Virus record (IMG/VR): IMGVR_UViG_3300042484_002457
Span: 145,544-209,543 of that record
Strand: one strand, 5' to 3'
Length of the DNA: 64,000 nucleotides
Shown: one piece after another, positions 1-9,800 of the stretch
How positions within the stretch are numbered: position 1 is the first letter of the stretch
How the letters are laid out: the number at the start of each line of letters is the position of its first letter
Notes under the pieces: model-generated
Told to the model about the DNA's origin: nothing
Seen by the model: only the letters and a program-made list of their open reading frames with translations
Databases searched by the model: none
Translations under genes and position numbers: made by a program

Positions 1-48
1 AGTCATGGCAGCAATACAGCAACACTGCCCGTAATGTCAGTAGATCAC

Positions 49-77
49 TTGACACCAACGACTGTAAGTAGTATAAT
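49..77 (+). promoter_or_regulatory. sigma70-type promoter upstream of clpA
   Basis: TTGACA 49-54, 17 bp spacer, TATAAT 72-77; SD AAGGAG before ATG 102. Confidence 0.85.
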
Positions 78-101
78 AATCACTGTAACTCAAGGAGCTT
101 T

Positions 102-2366
102 ATGAATCCCACCGCCGAAATTGAACACATTGTTGAACAATCTGTAGCAATTGCTCAAACATTTCAACACGAATATGTCACAACCGAGCACCTGCTGCTG
201 GCCATGGTTCGATATGCACCATTTCGAAAAACACTGGAGAATTTTGGTGTAGAAATTGACATGCTGGATCAAGACCTAACCAGTTATCTGAGTGGGTTAC
301 AAAATCTTGTTAAAGAAAATTCAGATCTAACACCCAAAAAGACCACGGCTCTGGAGCGTATTTTTAATCGTGCCAATGTGCAGGTGATGTTTACCGGGCG
401 TAGACAAATGTCCCTGATTGATGTTTATCTTTCAATCATGGCTGAAGGCCACAGTCACGCACAGTACTATCTCATGAGATACGGTGTGAAGAAAGTGGAA
501 TTTGTGGAGTTCTGGCAAAAGAACTATTCTGCCCAGGCCAGTGCCACTGGCATGAGTGTGAATCAAGCCAATGACATTCTCAACGAGTACTGCGTTGATC
601 TCAGTGGTCGTGCTGCCAAGAACGAACTTGAGCCCATGATTGGTCGAGACACTGAACTACAGGAAATGGTCACTGTGCTGGCACGACGCTTCAAGGCCAA
701 CGTGCTCATGGTAGGCGATCCTGGCGTGGGCAAGACTGCCATCATTGAAGGCCTGGCCCAGGAAATTCAAGCCGGTCGTGTGCCTGAGTTTCTCAAGGGT
801 CACGAAGTATGGAGTTTGGAAATTGGCTCGCTGCTGGCAGGATCAAAGTATCGTGGTGATTTTGAGGAAAAGTTCAAGGCCGTGGTGTCAGCACTGGAAG
901 CCAAGAAAAACTGTATCTTGTTTGTGGACGAAGCGCACACCATGAAGGGTGCTGGTGCAGGATCTAGCTCTAGCCTGGACTTTGCCAACATGCTGAAGCC
1001 GGCTATTACCAAGGGCAGTTTAAAAATCATTGCGTCAACCACCTGGGAAGAGTATTACGAAAGCTTTGAAAAGGATCGTGCCCTGATGCGACGTTTCTAT
1101 CGTCTCAGCATTGACGAACCTGATGCTGCGACCACAGAAAAGATTCTTATTGGACTCAGTCCACGCCTGGAACAGTTCCACAATGTGTTGATTGACACTG
1201 AAGCTATTACTGCTGCTGTGGACTTGGCCAATCGCTACATTCATGATCGCAAGAACCCTGACAAAAGTATTGACTTGATTGATGCTGCTTGTGCTCGGGA
1301 ACGTGTGAAAGATGCAGGCTTGACAACCATCAACAAAGGCATGATTGAAGAACAGCTGAGCCGTGTGACCAGTGTGCCTGTAGACAAGTTACAGAACGAG
1401 CGCAGTGCCAAGATTGTGGAGCTAGAAGGCAATATCAAGCAACGGCTGTATGGACAGGATTCAGCTGTGGACACTGTGCTGGAACGTGTGTACATTAACT
1501 TTGCTGGTATTGGCAACGAGCGACGCCCCATGGCATCATTCCTGTTCTTGGGCCCCACAGGCACAGGCAAAACTGAATTGGCTCGACTGCTGGCCGACAA
1601 CTTGGACATGAAGCTGTTGAAATATGACATGAGCGAGTTCCAAGAGCGTCACAGTGTGAGTGGACTTATTGGTGCTCCCCCAGGTTACGTGGGCTTTGAA
1701 GACGGCAACATCGGCGGCGGCAAGCTGATTGCAGACATCAGCAAGAATCCTTTTTCAATTATCTTGTTTGACGAGATTGAAAAGGCACACCCTGACGTTG
1801 CCAACATCATGCTGCAAATGCTAGACGATGGTGTGCTGACCAGTTCAAATGGCAAGAAAGTCAGCTGCAAGAACACCATTATCATCATGACGTCTAACCT
1901 GGGCGCACGTGATAGTGAAAGCAATGCAATTGGCTTTGGATCACAAGAAAAAACTGGTGAGGACGATCGTGCACTCAAAGAGCACTTCCGCCCCGAACTG
2001 CGAAATCGTATTGATGCTATCTGCAAGTTTGGGCGCCTGGACCAACTGGCCATTAAAAAGATTGTGCTGAAGTTTGTGGCTGAATTGCAAACCAGTCTTG
2101 GCAACAAAAACATACGACTCACTGTGACCGAAGCCATGGTAGAACACTTGGCCGAAAAAGGTTATGATCCCAAGATGGGTGCGAGGCCTCTGGGTCGCAA
2201 GATTGACGAGTTACTGCGTGTGCCACTCAGCAAGCGTATCTTGTTTGATCGCCTGGACAACTGTGATATCACAGCTGACTTGGTGGAAGGTGGGGTCAAG
2301 TTTGATATTGCAACACACGAGACCAGCTTGCTAGACAGTGACGGAATTATTCGTTTCCCAGCATGA
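102..2366 (+). CDS. clpA: ClpA-like ATP-dependent Clp protease ATPase subunit
   Basis: Clp N-domain, two AAA+ modules (GDPGVGKT/FVDEAH; GPTGTGKT/LFDEIEK), IGF loop (NAIGFGS), GARPL motif, no ClpB middle domain. Confidence 0.9.
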   Translation: MNPTAEIEHIVEQSVAIAQTFQHEYVTTEHLLLAMVRYAPFRKTLENFGVEIDMLDQDLTSYLSGLQNLVKENSDLTPKKTTALERIFNRANVQVMFTGRRQMSLIDVYLSIMAEGHSHAQYYLMRYGVKKVEFVEFWQKNYSAQASATGMSVNQANDILNEYCVDLSGRAAKNELEPMIGRDTELQEMVTVLARRFKANVLMVGDPGVGKTAIIEGLAQEIQAGRVPEFLKGHEVWSLEIGSLLAGSKYRGDFEEKFKAVVSALEAKKNCILFVDEAHTMKGAGAGSSSSLDFANMLKPAITKGSLKIIASTTWEEYYESFEKDRALMRRFYRLSIDEPDAATTEKILIGLSPRLEQFHNVLIDTEAITAAVDLANRYIHDRKNPDKSIDLIDAACARERVKDAGLTTINKGMIEEQLSRVTSVPVDKLQNERSAKIVELEGNIKQRLYGQDSAVDTVLERVYINFAGIGNERRPMASFLFLGPTGTGKTELARLLADNLDMKLLKYDMSEFQERHSVSGLIGAPPGYVGFEDGNIGGGKLIADISKNPFSIILFDEIEKAHPDVANIMLQMLDDGVLTSSNGKKVSCKNTIIIMTSNLGARDSESNAIGFGSQEKTGEDDRALKEHFRPELRNRIDAICKFGRLDQLAIKKIVLKFVAELQTSLGNKNIRLTVTEAMVEHLAEKGYDPKMGARPLGRKIDELLRVPLSKRILFDRLDNCDITADLVEGGVKFDIATHETSLLDSDGIIRFPA

Positions 2367-3004
2367 CACTAGTATACCAACCACAGCCAAGAGACCGACT
2401 CTACTACGATCAGTATCAGTACTGCTTGACTTTTCAGCTCAGTCATTCTGGTCGCAGTCGCAGCCTGGACCCTGAAAAGATTCGCTCAGCTATTCATTTT
2501 GCCAATCTTTTGAAGTGGACCAATTCAAAAATCAGTGATGAACAAGAGAAAAATTTACTAGAGTGCGCCAAAATATTTAGAGAATGTAACCAGCCACACA
2601 AACGAATTGTGTATGCCAACTGGCAGTATGTTTATACCAATCATGAAAGTCTACTGGCACAATTGCACAGTCTTGACTTTGTAAAACATTCCAAACTCAC
2701 TGAAGCCGCAGTGACTCTGCCCCGGGATGTGGTAGTGCTTAAAAACAGCCAGTATCAGTTTAGAAGCTATTTCAGCAGTCGCTGGTTCAATCGAGAAGAA
2801 GTTGCTGCAATAAAGAACTTTCTGGTAAGCCGTGGCACTCAGTTTAGAACCACACTTGGTGTTCAGTCTCGATTAAATGGCCGATTCTTTTATCCCAACG
2901 ACTGGATGTTTGTGGATCACAATGACGAAAAAGATGCATTGTTGCTCAATCTTGTAGCAAGTCAGTGTATTAGAAAAACGCTGCCCATACAGATTGCTAA
3001 ATAA
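2363..3004 (+). CDS. hypothetical protein
   Basis: 213 aa ORF overlapping clpA stop (ATGA). Confidence 0.75.
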   Translation: MTLVYQPQPRDRLYYDQYQYCLTFQLSHSGRSRSLDPEKIRSAIHFANLLKWTNSKISDEQEKNLLECAKIFRECNQPHKRIVYANWQYVYTNHESLLAQLHSLDFVKHSKLTEAAVTLPRDVVVLKNSQYQFRSYFSSRWFNREEVAAIKNFLVSRGTQFRTTLGVQSRLNGRFFYPNDWMFVDHNDEKDALLLNLVASQCIRKTLPIQIAK

Positions 3005-3010
3005 TTTACT

Positions 3011-3178
3011 ATGGCAAAAATACACGAAGAAACAGTTGTGATCACACTGAGCAAGTTGATCAAAGAACGAGACACTGAAGAACAGTATCTTGCTACCAAT
3101 GACATCTGCGATGCATTGCAATCAGTAGCAGAAGAACTCCTGGGTCAAGGTGTATTGGTTGAAGTTGTGAGAGCATAA
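3011..3178 (+). CDS. small hypothetical protein (55 aa, MAKIHEETVVITLSKL...)
   Basis: ATG 3011 to TAA 3178 read by eye, fills gap, follows TAAATA 2998-3003, TAATG-coupled to next gene. Confidence 0.7.
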   Translation: MAKIHEETVVITLSKLIKERDTEEQYLATNDICDALQSVAEELLGQGVLVEVVRA

Positions 3179-3546
3179 TGACCCCCACAACACAAACCAT
3201 TCTGGGCACCACAATCTACGGTGAAGCTGCGGGCAACTACGACGGCAGCAGCCAGGATTGGTTCAGTGTGGCTCGCAAAGCTGCTGACTACTATCGTGGA
3301 TACGGTGGTGTTCAAACTGTGACAATATCAGTTGCTGGGTTTGAAGGCATCATGTACATCGAAGCCACTCTGGATTCTGACCCTGACTCTGCGGCCTGGT
3401 TTCCAACCTATACCTATGGTGACGGATCTAGCACACCTGTCACCGACTATCATCCTGCTACCATTACCGGAAACTTTACATGGATACGTGTAAGAGTTGA
3501 GGGATTTTCAGGTGGCACAATAAACTCAGTAACCATAACATACTAA
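3178..3546 (+). CDS. hypothetical beta-rich protein, possibly virion structural
   Basis: 122 aa ORF, G/T/S/Y-rich beta-sandwich-like composition, late operon. Confidence 0.65.
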   Translation: MTPTTQTILGTTIYGEAAGNYDGSSQDWFSVARKAADYYRGYGGVQTVTISVAGFEGIMYIEATLDSDPDSAAWFPTYTYGDGSSTPVTDYHPATITGNFTWIRVRVEGFSGGTINSVTITY

Positions 3547-3980
3547 TGAACCCTGACAAAATTTCTTTTGAATTTGATGTGGAGCGCACCCCTGCTGAGC
3601 CTGCCTTGGCTTTTCGTGTGCTGCATAACAATGTAGTGGTACACACCATGACGTCAGATCAAGAGTCTGTGAAATTTGACATTGACGACAGTAATGGCGT
3701 GCATCAAATAACATTTGAATTGCAGGGCAAGACCCAGGTTCATACTCATGTTGATGATCAAGGACAGATCACACAGGATGCAGTGATCAACATCAAAAAC
3801 ATCACAGTTGACGGGATTGAGGTTGGTCTTTTGATTTTTAATCATGCTGAATACACACATGACTTTAATGGCAATGGGCAACCAGTTGTTGAAAAATTTT
3901 ACGGTACCATGGGCTGTAATGGTTTGGCCACTGTGGAACTCACCACACCCATTTACCTGTGGCTTTTGGAAAACATGTAA
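3546..3980 (+). CDS. hypothetical protein
   Basis: 144 aa ORF TAATG-coupled to previous gene. Confidence 0.7.
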   Translation: MNPDKISFEFDVERTPAEPALAFRVLHNNVVVHTMTSDQESVKFDIDDSNGVHQITFELQGKTQVHTHVDDQGQITQDAVINIKNITVDGIEVGLLIFNHAEYTHDFNGNGQPVVEKFYGTMGCNGLATVELTTPIYLWLLENM

Positions 3981-3981
3981 G

Positions 3982-4650
3982 TTATCTCGACTTGCAATGG
4001 TCCCCGTGCCATCTACCAAAGTGTCCGGGAGCAAATGATTTTTGGCAGTATACACATGAGATTCGTTCAGAGTGAGCAAATGCGTATTTTTCTTTTTGCT
4101 CTGTGGTTCTATTCAACTGCTGCTGCCTGATTATTTCTCTACGTTCAGGAGTCATTTGATCAATAGTTTTTTGTCTCAGTATTTGTTTCAGCTCGTTACT
4201 AATTGGGCCACGCTTGTGTCCAGTATTGCCAGATGTTTTACCTCGGCGAGCAATAGCTGCTTGATGGTTTTTTCTAACCTCAGGATCGTGCATTGGGTTG
4301 TTTGTTTTTGTGTGTATTGATTTAATTCTACTATATTGCTGCCTTAATAACTCGTATGTTCTTCCAGTTATTTTGTGTCGTTGTTGATTCTGGTTTTCTA
4401 AATTCGCCATAGTCCAGGCAGCATAGATCATCTTTTCTTTGTGAGGGCTAACAACCATTTTAGTCAGTAACCAATGACAAACAAAGTGTTCTCGTGCAGT
4501 TAAATCCACCAAATTTTCTTTGAGATTTGACCCATCTAAACTTCGTGGTATAATATGATGTCGTTCTTTGTATTCTGTTAGAGATCTTGTTTTTGCTCGT
4601 TGAACAATGTTGTTATACCATGTGGTATATTTGTTGTCAATAAATATCAT
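3982..4650 (-). CDS. free-standing HNH homing endonuclease with basic NUMOD3-like C-terminus
   Basis: NKYTTWY...ERHHIIPRSLDGSN...NLVDLTAREHFVCHWLL HNH motif; C-terminal CxxC...HGDHC; start at MIFIDNKY after SD AAAGGAG. Confidence 0.85.
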   Translation of the reverse strand: MIFIDNKYTTWYNNIVQRAKTRSLTEYKERHHIIPRSLDGSNLKENLVDLTAREHFVCHWLLTKMVVSPHKEKMIYAAWTMANLENQNQQRHKITGRTYELLRQQYSRIKSIHTKTNNPMHDPEVRKNHQAAIARRGKTSGNTGHKRGPISNELKQILRQKTIDQMTPERREIIRQQQLNRTTEQKEKYAFAHSERISCVYCQKSFAPGHFGRWHGDHCKSR

Positions 4651-4720
4651 TGCTGGTGCTCCTTTCAAGCATTAGAGTAGTTGGATATGTCCAGTATCGC
4701 GAACTACACCTTTATTTATA
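4651..4720 (-). promoter_or_regulatory. structured endonuclease leader: TATAAATA late promoter, nested hairpin, SD
   Basis: Near-identical architecture to 23113-23180 with compensatory changes. Confidence 0.7.
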
Positions 4721-4745
4721 AATAAACGAACAAAGATTTAACTAA

Positions 4746-5807
4746 ATGGGCAAAACAATAGTGATTCAACCGGGTGGTTATCATCCCTTTCACGCGGGCC
4801 ATCTCGCGCTTTATCAAAGTGCACGCCGTGCTTTTCCTGATGCCGAAGTGTTTGTGGCCGCCACCAACGACACATCAACACGACCTTTTCCGTTTGCTGT
4901 GAAAGAAAAACTGGCCAAGTTGGCCGGAGTTGAGCCTGGACATTTTGTGCAGGTCAAGTCGCCATTTAGAGCTGAAGAAATCACCAGCAGATTCAATCCT
5001 GAACAAGACGTCCTGATTTTTGTGCGCAGCGAAAAAGACGAAAATAAACCTCCGCAAGCTGGCGGCGTTAAAAAAGATGGTGCACCTGCATACTTGCAAC
5101 GGCTGGAAGATGCGCAGAGGCTGGAACCATTTGCCCGGCATGCATACATGGCTTACTTGCCCACAGTGGAGTTTGGTCCCGGAATGACGTCAGCTACAGA
5201 GATTCGTGCAGCATGGCCCAAGCTGAATGAAAAGCGCAAGACAGCTCTTGTGATGAGCTTGTATCCTGACACACAGCGAAATCCAGCCTTGGCAGCAGTA
5301 GTGGTCAAGATGTTGGACACTGCCATTGGTAGCACAGTGGACGAAAATCAAGGCTGGGCTGCTACATACACCAATGAAGGTAACAAGAATAAAAATTACG
5401 AAGCTGATCCTGAACTAAAACAATCAAAACTATTTGCTAAACAGCATTATTCGCAACACACCAATGATCCTGATATGGCTTTTGACAAGTGGGTACAGCG
5501 CAGCCTCATGCACAGCAAGCAAGACGATGTACAGCAGGATCAAATATTAAAACGTCTAACACAAAAAGTGGACATTCTAGCACGTCGTCTACAACAAGCA
5601 CAGTTGCCCGTGGGCGAAAATGCTGGACAAATGGCCGGAACACCAGCTGTGGGTGGTATGTGGGCCGGTTATCAGCAGCGTGAAAATCAGCCCGTGGACG
5701 AAGACTACGTTGAAGAAAAATGGAGCGCAAAATACAAGAGCAGTATCAATTGTGCCAATCCTAAGGGATTTAGTCAACAAGCTCACTGTGCAGGTCGCAA
5801 AAAATAA
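4746..5807 (+). CDS. HxGH (cytidylyltransferase-like) nucleotidyltransferase with appended short modules
   Basis: QPGGYHPFHAGH at N-terminus; C-terminal KWSAKYKSSINCANPKGFSQQAHCAGRKK module after VxE linkers. Confidence 0.7.
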   Translation: MGKTIVIQPGGYHPFHAGHLALYQSARRAFPDAEVFVAATNDTSTRPFPFAVKEKLAKLAGVEPGHFVQVKSPFRAEEITSRFNPEQDVLIFVRSEKDENKPPQAGGVKKDGAPAYLQRLEDAQRLEPFARHAYMAYLPTVEFGPGMTSATEIRAAWPKLNEKRKTALVMSLYPDTQRNPALAAVVVKMLDTAIGSTVDENQGWAATYTNEGNKNKNYEADPELKQSKLFAKQHYSQHTNDPDMAFDKWVQRSLMHSKQDDVQQDQILKRLTQKVDILARRLQQAQLPVGENAGQMAGTPAVGGMWAGYQQRENQPVDEDYVEEKWSAKYKSSINCANPKGFSQQAHCAGRKK

Positions 5808-5855
5808 CACAGTCGTTTATAATCCGTAAATACTACATCTTATTACGGAGAAAAC

Positions 5856-6749
5856 ATGGCTGACGCCCAACCCACAACTACACCCCCAACAGATCCCAAC
5901 GCACAAGAACAAATGAACATTCAAGTTGATTTGGACTATTTGCGTACAACTCGTGTGCACATCTGTATGCCCTGCTATGGCGGCCAGCTTACAGAATCAA
6001 CATTCATGAGTTTTATCAAATGGGCCAACATGGCTCGTCAATTAAGCATTGACTGGACCGTGGAAACCATGACCAACGAGAGCTTGATTTCACGTGCTAG
6101 AAACACGCTCACTGCCAAGTTCTTGCACACCGAAGGCTCCACACACTTGATGTTTATTGACGCTGACATTGGCTGGGAACCCTGGCACTTGTTGGTGTTG
6201 TTGAACCGCAAGGTTGATGTAATTGGTGGACTTTACCCCATGAAGAGCATGCCCATCAAGTGGTGTGTAAACGGCATTCCCGGCAAAGAAGATGGCGAAG
6301 ACAATCTTGTAGAAGTCACCAAAACTGGCACAGGCTTCTTGTTGATCAAGCGCGAGGTGTTTGACAAGCTAGACGCACACCCTGCTGTGCGAGCCTTTGC
6401 TAATGACATTGGTTTGCCCCCTGAACTCAACAAGTACATGAAAACCTACTTTGACACTGCTGTGCGCGAAGGTCGTTACTACTCAGAAGACTGGACATTC
6501 TGCGAAAATTGGCGCGACATTGGTGGGCAAGTGTTTGTGGACAAACGTGTGTTGCTCAAGCACACAGGCACATATGTGTTTGACGCTACCACACAGGACA
6601 AACTGTACTTTGAACTTGATGCTATTGCCAAGGCCAATACACAAAAAATCACACAAATGGTACCGCAGGGTGGACACGAAGTTGCTGCGGACATTCTTGT
6701 CCCGGCAGCTGAACCTGAAGTGCTGGCCAGTTCTGACAACAGCAAATAA
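5856..6749 (+). CDS. GT-A fold glycosyltransferase-like protein
   Basis: ICMPCYGG, ESLISRARN, HLMFIDADIGW (DxD), GTGFLLIKR, YYSEDW motifs. Confidence 0.7.
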   Translation: MADAQPTTTPPTDPNAQEQMNIQVDLDYLRTTRVHICMPCYGGQLTESTFMSFIKWANMARQLSIDWTVETMTNESLISRARNTLTAKFLHTEGSTHLMFIDADIGWEPWHLLVLLNRKVDVIGGLYPMKSMPIKWCVNGIPGKEDGEDNLVEVTKTGTGFLLIKREVFDKLDAHPAVRAFANDIGLPPELNKYMKTYFDTAVREGRYYSEDWTFCENWRDIGGQVFVDKRVLLKHTGTYVFDATTQDKLYFELDAIAKANTQKITQMVPQGGHEVAADILVPAAEPEVLASSDNSK

Positions 6750-6765
6750 CAGCACAACAGCCACC

Positions 6766-6793
6766 AGCGCCGGTTCCGCCGGCGCTTTCATTT
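6766..6793 (+). terminator. intrinsic terminator
   Basis: AGCGCCGG-TTCCG-CCGGCGCT then TTCATTT. Confidence 0.7.
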
Positions 6794-6811
6794 GTCCGCT
6801 AAATACACATT

Positions 6812-9800
6812 ATGAATATCGAAGAGTTAGATTCCTTCAATCTTGCAGACGCTGTGAAGTTTCACAATCAGTTAAATCCCCGATTGTGGGATCAGCGTGA
6901 ACATCTCAAGCCTGATGTGCACGCCAAGCTCATGGAAATTGCTAGAGATTTCCAAGAGTTTCTGGGCGTTCCTGACCTTGAAGTCAAGGACATCACAGTA
7001 TCTGGCTCAAATGCTGCATACAATTACACACCGCACAGCGATGTAGATCTACACCTTGTGGTGGATATGCCTGACGCTAAAAACAGCGAAGTGTTTCGCG
7101 AGCTGTTTGACGCCAAGAAATTCCAGTACAACGCTGAACATGACATTCGTATTGGCGGCTATGATGTAGAACTGTATGTGCAAGATGCTGAACAAGAGCA
7201 TCACTCACAGGGCATTTACAGCCTGTTGCAAAACCGTTGGATCAGTGTGCCCAAGAGACGCAAACCTGATGTAGATGATATCAGTGTGAAAAGCAAATAC
7301 CAAGATGTGGGACACAGAATTGAAGCTGCTATCCGTGGCGGTGACGCTGCACAAATGGAAGATGTTTGGAACAAACTACGTGTGATGCGCAAGCAGGGTC
7401 TTGAGCGTGAAGGCGAGTTTGCCCCAGAAAACATTGTGTTCAAGATGCTGCGCAACAACGGCACCATTGGCAACCTCAAACAAGCAAGACAGGCTGTGCG
7501 TGATCGAGAGCTGAGTCTTGCTGAAGTCAACCGCCCCAAGCAACGTGTGCATTATGGCTTTGTAAGTGAAAGCCCCGATGGTGTAAATCCCAGTACCAAG
7601 ATGTTTCTTGAAGAAGATGATGCCGAAAGTCTTGTAACTGAATTTATTTTTACCACGGCTGACAAGCTGGGCATTAAACGTATACCAAAAATTCATATAC
7701 ACACCAATGATGACTGGAGCAGAGAAAACAACAGTTTTGGAATGTTTGTTCCTGACACATATGAACTGCATGTGAGTTTGATAAATCGCCATCCCATGGA
7801 TGTGATGCGCACCATTGCGCACGAACTAGCACATGTCCGTCAACACGAGATCAAGCCGGTCAAACCCGGTGATGGAGAAACTGGAAGTGATGTTGAAAAC
7901 GAAGCGCATGCCATAGCTGGTATTGTCATGCGAGACTTTGCCAGCAGCCATCCTGAATATTTTGAAAAGCCTGCTGTGAGCGAAAGCTCGGGATACATTC
8001 CTACCCGAGCACAGGCTCAAGATCCTCGCTTTAAAATGGCCCTGACTGTGGACATCAAGCCAGGACAAACTGGTAAGGAAGCCAACAAGCTGGCCTTGCA
8101 AACAGATGCACAAGGCCGTCCAGCACTGTTGATGAAAACAGCAAACCTGCGTGAAGGCCGGATGCCGCAGCCCAGCCAAGGGCAGGGCCAGTATAGAGAT
8201 TTAAACAAGCCCCTGGGTCCAGAAACACCTCCTACCATGCCCGCAGGCACTGTCAAGGTAGATGTGAGTGATGTGTATGACTGGTACAAGCTGGGCAGTC
8301 ATATCAGCAACCTCAAAGGTCTGGGCAAACACGACTTTGGCGCAGGACCTCCTAGTACTATCATCAGTTTTGGTGATGAGGAAACTGAACACAAGTACAT
8401 CCAAGACCTTGAAAAAACTGGACTCACTACCACAGATATTGACCCCAAGGATCCCAAGCAGCCTCCAGGAATGAAACGTCAAAAGACTGATCCCACCTAC
8501 AACGTGGCAGAAGATGACATTGTAGAAAGCCTGCGTCAAGAATTTGCTTTGCTGGAAGACGAGTACATCAGCGAAATCAAAATGACCGGAAAGAACCTGC
8601 GAGCCGAAGCTGCTCAAACAGGTGCGCAGGCTGGCATGGAATTTGAAATGATTGTGCCCAACGTTGAGACCGAAGAGCTAGACCCTGAATACGAACCAGA
8701 CTGGGATCAGGATCAGCGTACTAGAAGCTTCAGTGACATTCGAGACTTTTTCCACGATGGAGACTACAACGGTCGTCGCGAAGCAGACAACCTAATGGAA
8801 GAAATACAAAACGAGTATGAAGAATGGCAAGCAGAACAAACTGACGAAGCCTGGGCTCGAGATGGAGTAGATTACATGCGTGACTTTGTTGAAGTCAATG
8901 ACTTGTTTGATCGTGAAGAAGCTATAGACACTGCTCGAGACGAGGTCATTGACGCTAACCCTGACTTGCCACCTGAAAGCAAAGACTTCCAGGACCTGCT
9001 TCGTGCCAGACTCGATGAACTACAAGAACAGTTTGTGCTAGAATCGTTTGAAGATCAAGGCCGCATCTACAATGACGCATTGCAAGCGTTTGCAGAAGAG
9101 CAAAGAGACGAATACGACGAACGCAGTTTCTTGGATGACAAGTATCCCATGATGACAGATATTCAAAGCAACTTTGATATTTCATGGCCCCACTACTACA
9201 ACATCAACGATGGTCAAGACAGTGGAGAAGTGGATGTAGATCAAGTAGCTGATGAGTTTGGCTCATACATGGGCAAACCTGTGAATGCCAGCAGACAATA
9301 CCATGGCGGTCGTCGCGAAGCAGGAACCTATGTAGTAGAACCCGACGGCAGCTTAGAAGGTGACAACCCAGGTGATGGTGGCCTTGAGTTTGTTAGTCCG
9401 CCCATGCCCATAGATGAAATGATTTCAGACTTGAACAAGGTCAAGGCCTGGGCAGACAAGACTGGTTGCTATACCAACGACTCTACAGGCTTGCACATCA
9501 ATATCTCAGTGCCCAATTATTCAATTGACAAACTGGACTATGTAAAATTGGCCATCCTCATGGGCGACGAATACATTCTGGACTTGTTTGGTCGCTCAGG
9601 CAACACCTATGCCAAATCAGCCATGGGCAAGATCAAGTCAGCACTGAAACAAAAACCCGAAGCGTCAGCACAAATCATGGACTTGATGAAACAAGGACTG
9701 GACGGTGCTGCAACCAAGGCCATACACACAGGTATCACAGACAAGTACACGTCAATCAACACCAAGACTGGCTATATTGAATTCCGTAGCCCCGGTGGTG

